From Basidiobolus meristosporus CBS 931.73 (Eukaryota; Fungi; Basidiobolomycota), in contig MCFE01000273.1 of assembly GCA_002104905.1 (NCBI GenBank), positions 41,927-105,926 of the forward strand: DNA of 64,000 bases, in the 5' to 3' direction. The translations under genes were made by a program, and so were the position numbers. Below, piece by piece: positions 49,393 to 58,816 of the stretch. The notes beneath the pieces are model-generated. The model did not search any database and had not been told where the DNA came from. It was given only the letters and a program-made list of their open reading frames with translations. Position 1 is the stretch's first letter; the number at the start of each line of letters is the position of its first letter.

Positions 49393-49833
49393 TATTAGCT
49401 AGGTTCGATTTCCTTGTCGGAGTAGCCAGAAGCAGTAGCAGTAGCAGGGAGGGAAAATTCCAAGTGAAATTCCGTGGACCAATAAGACATCAAGGCTATT
49501 TAAACCAAGTAATGTTTACTCCAACTAGGTTATAACGTGATTCATCACCTGGCTTTGGCTTACGAAATGGAAATGACATCAATCCGGTAAAAGGTAGTCG
49601 AGCGCTTGAAAACTGGGCATTGCGGAAGCTGAAATCTCGGAAGTATGTTGCAAATGAAGATTACTGAGATAATCGAGAACAATCGCTTCCGCAGTTAATC
49701 AAATACCTGGGAGCACGACTCTGTCTCACATTGCTATCAAGAAAGATTCATGCTATCTGGTTCCCTAAATAAGCCAACCATAGGCTGTTCACGATGAGCT
49801 AATAAATGGGTGGATAGTTCTGAGCAAAAGATT

Positions 49834-51624
49834 TCATATGGGGGAATGCTTGATATATTTTCGTTGCTGAGGAAGCAGCAGACGTAGATTTGCTGCCCTT
49901 ATGGCCGACTCTACATTTGAAACCATTACTTTTGGACACTTGGCCCAATTTAAAGGGCATATCCGCATAAAGGGGAGGAGAGGGTAGCATGACCATGCAA
50001 ACGTACTAGAGAATTTGTCACAAGCGGAAAAAGAAACTGGCCTGGAATGATGGCTTTCAAGGGAACAATATTGCTCTCGATAAGGAAACACATCCCATGT
50101 GGAGCGGATCAACGCCATCAGGTAACCCTTTTCACTTCGATACGTGTGATAGGGATTCTCGCTAATGTCCCGCAATATGAAATCTGTCAGCATTCTCTTG
50201 GTTTCTAAGTTCCATTCCACCAAATCACCATCGCTGTCATCTCTCACTAATCCTCTCTCTACAAGATTCCGAATGAATTTCAGATCAAAACGATGCATCA
50301 GTGGATTAAGATGGGTTGGTTGAGTAATTCCTAACTCGAAGAGATATTCCACTACCTCCGGCCGTTCGCCGTGATATATATTCGGATACTCCATTTCATA
50401 TCTCCGTGCATTTCTGTGTAAATCTTCTTCTGCTATCCCTTGGGTGATACTTCGCATTACTCTCTCCTTTAACAAAGGGACCAACTTCCTGAGGAGTTGC
50501 AGGTGCCCACATTCAATTCCATACAAGACATATTTCTTTACTAGGCGAGCACTCGAGGTCACTCCAGCCAAGTCTATCAGAAATAACAATACATCTTCGG
50601 ATTGTTGTCCAGCCCAACGAGGATTAAGTCGTTGGTTGATGCTTTCGTATGAATCGGTGTATGTTTTGAGCAGCTTGAGATGGCATTTGGAGGTCTGGTA
50701 GGTGCTCAGACGGGTCTTAACTCTCCGGATACGACCATAACTCAACAAACAGGAAATGATATTCCTTTGCGATGCATACTTGTGCAAGATCTCCACTACT
50801 GCAAGGTTGGGAATGTTCAAAAAGAAATCGTACTCCACATGTACATTGTATGGCTCGTTGAACAAAACCTCAAGAGTTTCAGTGTATCCCAGCCTTACAC
50901 ACGCTCTAGCAATCAATGCCAGGACATTTGCTTCTGAAGCATAACTGAGAATTAACTTTCGATATGTCTCTTCTGATCCTGAAGGGGCTACTCTTAAGGC
51001 CTTTACTAATAGTGTGGGTCTTCGATGGCTGGCAAGATCTATGGCTCCAGCGACGTTGTTATTCTGTAGACATGCCTTGATGCGGTCTTCCTTGCTTATT
51101 AGGGGCAGAATGCGATGATTTCTCAAATACCAAGTGTAGGTCTCGCTTGATTTCGAGATTCCGACAAGTAAACAGCTATGAATACATTCGTCCCAACACT
51201 GCCCTTCTTTTAAAGCGGGGTTTTCTTGAAACAAGTATTTTAACATGTGCAACTTTCCTTTCAATATGCAAAGAAGTTTGGCCGGTGTGTCGTGCTCCTT
51301 GTAGCCTTCTCCAATGAGACTAATAAAGTAGCTCAGTATGCCTAGGTTCCCATAACACACTGCACTCGTGAGGAGATAGTCTATTGGATAGCTTACAGTA
51401 GTCAGAAGCCATCGGAGGAGTGGTTGGTGGCCCCTTCGTATGGCTTCCTCCAAAACAAACCCTGGTCCGCCCTGAGAGATTACGAGGTCTCCAATGCGAC
51501 TACCAGGCTTTCCAAAAAAGTTGAAATATAGAACCACATCGCCAACATAGAAGAGGACAATTTCCTGTATCTCTGTTGAAAGGGAAACTCTTAAAGCCTT
51601 AACTATCTCCTGAAAGCTGGACAT
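49834..51624 (-). CDS. Array paralog P4 (~596 aa from MSSFQEI)
   Basis: Open ORF; start assigned by alignment to the paralogs; only ~440 bp from P3. Confidence 0.82.
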   Translation of the reverse strand: MSSFQEIVKALRVSLSTEIQEIVLFYVGDVVLYFNFFGKPGSRIGDLVISQGGPGFVLEEAIRRGHQPLLRWLLTTVSYPIDYLLTSAVCYGNLGILSYFISLIGEGYKEHDTPAKLLCILKGKLHMLKYLFQENPALKEGQCWDECIHSCLLVGISKSSETYTWYLRNHRILPLISKEDRIKACLQNNNVAGAIDLASHRRPTLLVKALRVAPSGSEETYRKLILSYASEANVLALIARACVRLGYTETLEVLFNEPYNVHVEYDFFLNIPNLAVVEILHKYASQRNIISCLLSYGRIRRVKTRLSTYQTSKCHLKLLKTYTDSYESINQRLNPRWAGQQSEDVLLFLIDLAGVTSSARLVKKYVLYGIECGHLQLLRKLVPLLKERVMRSITQGIAEEDLHRNARRYEMEYPNIYHGERPEVVEYLFELGITQPTHLNPLMHRFDLKFIRNLVERGLVRDDSDGDLVEWNLETKRMLTDFILRDISENPYHTYRSEKGYLMALIRSTWDVFPYREQYCSLESHHSRPVSFSACDKFSSTFAWSCYPLLPFMRICPLNWAKCPKVMVSNVESAIRAANLRLLLPQQRKYIKHSPI

Positions 51625-51844
51625 TACAAGCCAGACTAGGCTTCCTTGTCGGAGTGGTCGAAAATAGCAGCAGGGAGGGAAATTTCCAAATGAAATTCCG
51701 TGGACCGATAAGGTAAGGGAATTAGAACAAAACAATGATTGCCCCACCTGTAAATTTATATCCTAGCTGATTATGTAAGGGTCTTGGCTGACTTGAATAA
51801 TGCTATCCAGTTAGACTCAACCGATAATCCCTTGTTGCCCTTAT

Positions 51845-52030
51845 AATACTTGCGAAACCTTTAGCTATAGACCCTTCCAAAATTAAGAAAACATAACGAA
51901 GATCATTCCTTATATATGCTGGAGAGGCGTACATCTTGGCATTGGTTGTCAGAGCATGTGTGAGGTTGGAATATGTTGTCACTCTTGAGGTTCTATTCAA
52001 TGTTCCGTCCAACGTACAGGTGGCTCCTTG
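51845..52030 (+). pseudogene. Inverted internal fragment of an array paralog
   Basis: ILAKPLAIDPSKIKKT*RRSFLIYAGEAYILALVVRACVRLEYVVTLEVLFNVPSNVQV aligns with LLVKALRVAPSGSEETYRKLILSYASEANVLALIARACVRLGYTETLEVLFNEPYNVHV (P4). Confidence 0.8.
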
Positions 52031-52449
52031 GTAACCGTCTCCAGCCTTGATCCAATGATCAAGTACTCTATTAATTACTTGCCACACCCACTTTTCGAAA
52101 GCAGTCGCCTAAGGGTAAACGGTATCACACAACAATTTCTTGATCCAAATAGATCATTGCTCTGATGAGCTGTCGAAGTTTAAGCCTATCACCGATAATT
52201 ATTGTTGCACTCGCTGCCTTATGAATCATGAGTTCATGCTCAACTTGTTAGTCGATCCGTTACTGCGAATTCTGAAATCACGTACAAAATAGTCGTTTAT
52301 TGTGCGCACATTTCTATGGCGAGCACAAAGCAATTATCTGCTTGACATTTGATGAATTCATTAACAGCACATCAGGAAATTCCAAAAAACCGATGAACTC
52401 GAAATCAATTGACCGTTCATATAGGATTACTAGCCAATACTTTGGCATG

Positions 52450-53810
52450 AAAAATATCAATATAATATAAGTAGAGGTAACCATTAAATTATCATTCTAG
52501 GATTTGAGTATTGTATATTGCTCTGCTATTGATTTGACGATCAATATTTTTACTATGGTGGGACTTGAATCTAAAAATGGAATGTGTTGGTTAATTCTTC
52601 CATAAGCTTTCAATTGAATTCTCGGCACGTCGAGCTTTCCATCTTTTCCTTTTGCGACAGATGATTTGCTATTTTAAGGAGCTATTCCAAGCTATCGTGG
52701 TATATGTTTACGGGCTACGATTAGGTAGCGCCATGAAAATGCTACAAAGAAGGGTGTAGATAACTGAATAGTATATTGCAATTCCCACAAGTCAAAATCA
52801 TATAAAAGAAAATCGCAACTACCACAACAGTTCATTAATAACACAAACCAAGCGGCAGGCGCTGTTGGGTACTTTCGTTTTGGCGGGAGTACCAAGTCAA
52901 AATATACTAAAATGAAAGATATTCGATTTTCCTGAGTAGAAATCATAATACCTCAAACCCACTATGAAGTAATGCCGAGCTTCCCAGTCAACGATAAAGC
53001 ATAAGTGATCCCCAAGGTAATGCTTATTATCATCCCATCGAATTTGCTATATATATCAATTGTCAACATTTTACACTGAATTAGCTAAAGGTGGTTTATC
53101 AATTAACTACTGAGGCAGTAGTAACAGCCACAATCTTGGCTTTCGGGTAGCTTACCAAGGGTAACTGTTCTGAGCATAAAGTGGAATATAAAGGTGGAAG
53201 AAACAGATCTGGTATAGTGCACGGTTAATCTCGTGGTATGGAATTATGTAATGCTGAGGTGATTGAATCTTCCAGGTAGTGCTTTTCGCTCGGACAACAT
53301 CCGACGGTATTAGTTCCATTTCCCACAATATGGAATTAGTGCTTTCCAAGCCCTAGTCAAGCAAATCATTATTGCTGATAAATATTTTTTGGTGTAGTGT
53401 TCATTACATATTGGAGGAGAGAAATATAAAGAGCACATCGTAGTTAATTCCGACTGTCCAAGTAGTAGGTAGCAATGAACCCATTTTGGACAACGGGGCT
53501 TTTCCTAGAATCTAAGGATACGTTTTCCTGGCAAAATACAAAGGAGCTTTGTAGGCGTATACTATGTAGTGCTCTCTAAACTTACATCGGTCGGAAACCA
53601 CCTGAGAAGTAGCTGGCGACCACCTCTGGCAGCTACATCGAAATCAAGCTCTGGCCTAACCTGAGCGAACGCTAAGTTTTCATATTGCAAGGCAGACTAC
53701 TTGAAGAAGTCAAAGTGTAGAGACACCTCACCAGCAACAAGAAAGACAAATTCCTGCATCTCTTTCAATAAAGTGCAACTCATAACATACAGTATTTCTT
53801 GGAAGCTGAG
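52450..53810 (-). pseudogene. Long decayed, diverged array paralog
   Basis: LLSFQEILYVMSCTLLKEMQEFVFLVAGEVSLHFDFF...AARGGRQLLLRWF...TPTKLLCILPGK at 53400-53810; ALPWGSLMLYR*L (~AVPLGSEATYREL) near 53000; NCCGSCDFLLYDFDL near 52820. Confidence 0.65.
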
Positions 53811-55196
53811 CAGTATTTGTCAAGCTAAGATTTCTTGTGAAAAATCTCGAATCCATAGCTGGGATGGAATACTCAGGATGATGTTCTATGGACCAATACA
53901 GTATCAAGGGAGTACAGGTTACAATAATTACTGCACCTAATGTAATATATTAGGTATCTCTAGTGTCATTTCTGACTTATATTAGGTGATATATTGCCCA
54001 TCTCCTAAGCTCACGGTGCCTATTAATCCTTGTGAGTATCCAGTTCTTACAGCCTATCACCACATCAGTTTATCTATGACATAAACACGTTAATCTAGCA
54101 AACTAATGATATACTCAGCTTGTTTCAAACGCTGCTGATTGACTTGAATTTCGATACACAAAAATACATAATGGCAAAATATATCAAACTCCATGTTAGA
54201 TTGAAGATAGTGGCAATTGATGTCCACACTGCTATAGAATCTGTTAGGCACTTTCATCCCATCAAATACTACAAGATGTTGACTATATTCAGGCAGATGT
54301 TCCATACTTCACAGAATCACTTTTGAGAGCTTCTAACTGCACAACAGCCACAATAACACTTCTGAGAGTGACCCCAAACAATGGAAAAACACCTCAGTTG
54401 GTCAGTGAGCCCAATTGTATGAGAGCTGAATCACCAAGTCTTTTCCAGAGAAGTAGTATATAGTTGTGCATTCCTTTAACATAGCTTCTTACGGAAAAAA
54501 GGACTTGTTGTAGTAAGTACTTAGGTATATCCAAGGTTCTAAGAAATAAATAATAAATAATACACATAGCCCTACATTGGTCTAAAATGTCTATTTTTTA
54601 TAGGTGAACACATGCTCAAGATAGGAAAGCTACTCTGCCAATTTGCAAAAGAGTTTAACTGGTGCATGATTCTACTTGTGCAGCAGTTAAATGCTACTGG
54701 CTTGCCAGCATAGAAAAGGTTTATTTATGGTCTATGTAGAGAGTAGGATCTCAAAGATTTTGCCATGCCCTGACATCTGAACATCGTTGGCACCTCAGAT
54801 CAAAATTCCTCGGATTGATGAAATTTCATGGGGATTGAGGCCATACCTATAATTGCGCCTCATGTTTACTGAGGTACATAGCTGATTATCTAGATTTTTA
54901 GCTTTTACTATCGGGATTGGTTGGGGGATGAGTTGCAAGAAATAGGATCCCTTACATAGTTTCTGGATGGTGGTAAGTAGTGGAATTATAATGCCTTGGG
55001 CCAAAACATTAAGGAAAAGACATTAAAATGCATTGATAGCATTAATGCTGAATACTTCACTATGCTATCCGGCTAGATGCGGCGCAATCATCGGTTTGAT
55101 CATGATTCCCTTGATTTGCAGAATTCCAACTGATATAAACCCTCCGAGCAGCTTCTTCCAACTGTTCTGATTTAAGAAAGCCAAACATAGTAAGCA

Positions 55197-56969
55197 ATGC
55201 TCAGCCTTCAGCGGATATTGGGTACCATGAAGAATTCTCTCTCTGTGGAGACACAAGAAATCATCCTTTTCTATGTTGGTGACGTAGTCCTATATTTCGA
55301 CTACTTTGAAAAGCCTGGCTTTCACTTTGGTCACCTGGTAAACTCCCAAGGGGGACCGGGGTTTGCTTTGGAGGAAGCCATCAAAAGCGGCCACAAGCCA
55401 CTCCTCCAGTGGCTTCTGACTGCTGTAAGCTATCCAATAGACTACCTACTCACGAGTGCAGTGTGTTATGGGAGCCTAGGCGTACTGTCCTACTTTATCA
55501 GTCTCGTAGGAGAAGACTACAAGGAGCACGACACACCGGCCAAGCTTCTTTGCATATTGAAAGGAAAGGTGCACTTGTTGGAGTACTTGTTCAAAAAAAA
55601 TCCCACTTTTCGAAAAGAGCAAGGTTGGGCTAGACGTATTAAGGATTGTCTATTAGCTGGTATCTCATCATCAAGCGAGATACACTCTTGGTATTCGAGA
55701 AATCGTCTCCTGTTGCCCGAAATTAGCGGAAAGGACCGCATCAAAGCGTATCTCCAGAACGATAGCATCGCCGGGGTCAGAGAGCTTCTCCGCAATCATC
55801 CACCTATAACGCTAGTGAGCGCATTAAGAATGGTGCCTTCGGCATCAGAGGAAACATATCGAGTGTTAATTCGTAATCTAGCCGGTCTAGCATACGGCTT
55901 GACATTGATTACTAGAGCGTGTGCAAGGTTGGGGTATGTTGATACCCTTGAGATTCTGTTCAACGAGCCATACAATGTACACGTGGAGTACGATTTTTTT
56001 GTAGCCATTCCTACCCTGGCAGTAGTGGAGGTTCTGCATAAATATGCATCTCAACGGAACAGCATCTCTTGCTTGTGGAGAAATGGCTCTCCTAAGGAAG
56101 TTCAATCTCGATTCAAAACGTACCAAGATTCCGAATGCCATCTCAAGTTATTGAGAATCTTTACCGAATCAGAAGAAAGTCATATCCAAAGTCATAATTC
56201 TCACTGGACTGGTCAGCAGTCGGAAGAGGTATTGATGTTTCTGGTGGATTTAGCTGACGTAGCCTCGAGCGCTCATCTACTAAAGAAATATTTCTTGTAC
56301 GGAATCGATTGTGGGCACTTGGGGCTTTTAAGGAAGCTGGTTCCGTTCCTAAGTCAAGAAGATTTGGAATATATCACGCAGCAGATCACACAAAGTAATT
56401 CGACAATTAGAATACTTATGAGGAGGCGGGATTTGGATGACCTCCCACTGGAAAATGAAATGCGGTATCCTAATATGTATCGAAGTAAAATGCCGCAGGT
56501 GGTGGAATATCTCTTAGAAATGGGGATTACACAAATGGTATTCATCTCCGCACTTATTGGTTGGTTCGACTTAGAACTCATCCAAAACCTTGTAGAGAAA
56601 GAACTTGTGGCAGATCGCAAGTATGGTCGCTTGATGGAATGGAACTTGGAAACCAAGAGGAATCTGACAAATTCTATCTTGGAGACCATTCGGAATAACC
56701 ACGGCCATTCGTTTCGAAGTGAAAAACACTCCCTGATGCGTTTGATTCACTCAACAGGCGATGCAATACAATATCATGAGCAGTATCATACTTCTGAAAA
56801 CAACCAAGCCTTATCCATGTCTTTCTCTACATGTGACAAATTTTCCAATTCATTCATGAGCTCATGCCATTCGTTGATGGTTGATTACCCAGATGCACAG
56901 ATTGCAAAGATTGAATCGGCACTAAGGGCAACAAATGTGTGCTTACTACTTCCTCAACATGGTAACTAA
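55197..56969 (+). CDS. Array paralog P5 (590 aa), inverted relative to P1-P4
   Basis: Open ORF with the same conserved blocks and a short insertion before the YP..Y motif. Confidence 0.82.
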   Translation: MLSLQRILGTMKNSLSVETQEIILFYVGDVVLYFDYFEKPGFHFGHLVNSQGGPGFALEEAIKSGHKPLLQWLLTAVSYPIDYLLTSAVCYGSLGVLSYFISLVGEDYKEHDTPAKLLCILKGKVHLLEYLFKKNPTFRKEQGWARRIKDCLLAGISSSSEIHSWYSRNRLLLPEISGKDRIKAYLQNDSIAGVRELLRNHPPITLVSALRMVPSASEETYRVLIRNLAGLAYGLTLITRACARLGYVDTLEILFNEPYNVHVEYDFFVAIPTLAVVEVLHKYASQRNSISCLWRNGSPKEVQSRFKTYQDSECHLKLLRIFTESEESHIQSHNSHWTGQQSEEVLMFLVDLADVASSAHLLKKYFLYGIDCGHLGLLRKLVPFLSQEDLEYITQQITQSNSTIRILMRRRDLDDLPLENEMRYPNMYRSKMPQVVEYLLEMGITQMVFISALIGWFDLELIQNLVEKELVADRKYGRLMEWNLETKRNLTNSILETIRNNHGHSFRSEKHSLMRLIHSTGDAIQYHEQYHTSENNQALSMSFSTCDKFSNSFMSSCHSLMVDYPDAQIAKIESALRATNVCLLLPQHGN

Positions 56970-57195
56970 AAAAAGAATTTTCCATTATGATCCACCTGAA
57001 AAAGGCTGGCTATGCACTTTTGATAAAACATGACCAGTCTATTGTAGATATGTATAGTCATTATACCTGGAAAATATTGGGCTCTACTCTACAAGAACTC
57101 TCATTTAGCACCAAATTATTGCTGTTTGCTATGGTAGTTTACCATCTAGCTTATTGCCTTAGAAAGCTTATTATGATTTCTTATGGTATCTGCCC

Positions 57196-57452
57196 TGTTG
57201 TATCCAAGAGAAAAGTGTAATAAAACTCTTGAATGGTTTAACTGAACCAAAGGGACAATTAAGTGCAGGATCTTAGAATTGTCAGAGAGATTCTGGTCTT
57301 ATATTGGTGTTGTATATTGCTGGGTTTGGCTATAAGGGCAATGGAGTTTGTTTGCTATGCAGGCTAGGCCTGGTGTTCTTAGGAGTGCTAGATATGCTGG
57401 GCTTGGATAGAAACTACAACAGAATTATGGAATTCTTAATTTTGCTGAAGAC
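57196..57452 (-). repeat. Partial LTR of the Gypsy family found at 60273
   Basis: TGTTGTATCCAAGAGAAA(A)GTGTAATAAAACTCTTGAATGG... matches 60273 onward up to ATTTTGCTGA.GACA. Confidence 0.85.
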
Positions 57453-57536
57453 ATGTATGTAATACTCAATACCTGTGGCACTCTGAATCTAGCTGCAGAG
57501 GTTTGTAACATGTCACAAAAATGCATGGTATTATTT

Positions 57537-57647
57537 GTTGCAATATTCTGAGGAGTAATGGAAGTGATGTGGAGTGCTAATCAAAGAATAAGATCTATGT
57601 GACTAAGTTGGCATGAACATTTAGGTGACAACTTAAAAATTACAACA
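57537..57647 (-). repeat. Internally deleted, degenerate Copia-B-like LTR
   Basis: TGTTGCAATATTCTGAGGAG..GGAAGTGAT joined to GATCTATGTGACTAAGTT..TTTAGGTG..AAATTACAACA. Confidence 0.6.
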
Positions 57648-58067
57648 CTATCTTGGTCCACTGGAATTATCTGGCACTATAAGTGCATTATATAGGTTTT
57701 ACTTTAGGGATAATATTTAACTAGAGTGCCAGATAGTACCAGTGGACCAAGATAGTGCCATGCATTTTTGTGACAAGTTACAAGCCTCTGGAGCTAGATT
57801 CAGAGTGCCATGGGTATTGAGTACCAAATGCATCCCTTCAGTCCTTCTGTGCTCTTACACATCATGCACAACATTGATCCCAAAAACAAGGTCAAAAAAT
57901 GGTATTTCTCTAGCACAGAGGCTGAAACAAAGCAGCTGCTTTGCACAACAATGTAGAAATATGTCTGACACTATGTGGCCAAGTATAAGTTTACTTGGCC
58001 TTTCTGGCATACTATGGCACTAATTGGCACTCATGGCTCAATGTGGCACTATTTGACAGTACAAGTC
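57646..58067. mobile_element. Terminus with subterminal repeats of a Harbinger-family relative (non-autonomous or fragment)
   Basis: The end ATGTGGCACTATTTGACAGTACAAGTC(TA) is the reverse complement of a close variant of the 17438 terminus TAGACTTGTTCCATTGGATAGTGCCACAT. Multiple ATAGTGCCA/TGGCACTAT motifs. Confidence 0.6.
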
Positions 58068-58816
58068 TATTATACTTGATTCTTTCCCAACTGTGTTCCT
58101 GTAGAGGCATAAATACTTTTCTGACTATTTAACTGTTGACACAGCTTCATTCTTATCAAGTCCCTGCTGGTGAAGTTTACAGTTGTTTTGACTTTGGAAA
58201 CTTTAGTACATTGTCATCTTAAAGAATCCTAGCCCAGCTCGTACTTTTGTCAAAATGCCAACTAAGTTGGGGATTGTTTCTCAGTAGTTTTCCCTTGACA
58301 AGCTTGCAGCTCAGGGTTAGGGGAGGGAAAGTCACCAAGTTGGTGAAATCTTAGGGGGAGACAGTCACCAACAGTTGAAGTCTTTATTTCAGTTGAAACA
58401 AAGAAGCCAGCGCTACTATTGTAGCTTTGATACAAGAGTGTGTAGCTGAGGGGAATTTGTAGGTAAGTTAATAAGAAGTGATGATAGTTCTTCAGTGCTC
58501 AAGACACTGTTCAGTGGGATGGGGGGTAGCAAGAGAGGTAAGAATGACTTGTGAACAACATTAATGAGGGGATTGTGATAAGGATTGATATTCATTATAA
58601 AGGGTGTGTGCTGCTGCAGATATTGCTGCCAAAGGTCTGTCAAGTACTTCAGGTAGGCCAGCCTGGGTTTTTCTGACTGCAGAATATAGTGAGCAAACTT
58701 CTTGACTTCAGGATCTCCAAGTATAGTTCTCCAGCAGGAGCCAGGTGTAGTGTGGTGTGTTCTCTCCCATGCCTTAATTAGTGGGTTGTTGCAGTTGTGA
58801 AGTCTGAGGTATAATC

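Noticed and set aside
49799-51747. Longer N-terminal extensions of P1 (38569) and P4 (51747) from the ORF track
   Set aside because: The extensions overlap the promoter motifs conserved in the other paralogs and are not conserved as protein; the aligned ATGs at 38494 and 51624 are preferred.
54090-54330. Possible further F-box-like remnant (LLIDLNFDTQKYI)
   Set aside because: Similarity is limited to a few residues, with no downstream family blocks.
36725-56969. Array genes as a transposon-encoded ORF or a CRISPR-like repeat system
   Set aside because: No TIR/LTR/TSD brackets any gene, no transposase motifs, and no short repeat-spacer periodicity; CpG retention fits host genes.
57646-57757. 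CACTA-superfamily MITE (the inverted repeat begins CACTA)
   Set aside because: The first CA overlaps the LTR end, there is no TSD, and the motif is shared with the Harbinger-type terminus; kept only as an unassigned hairpin.
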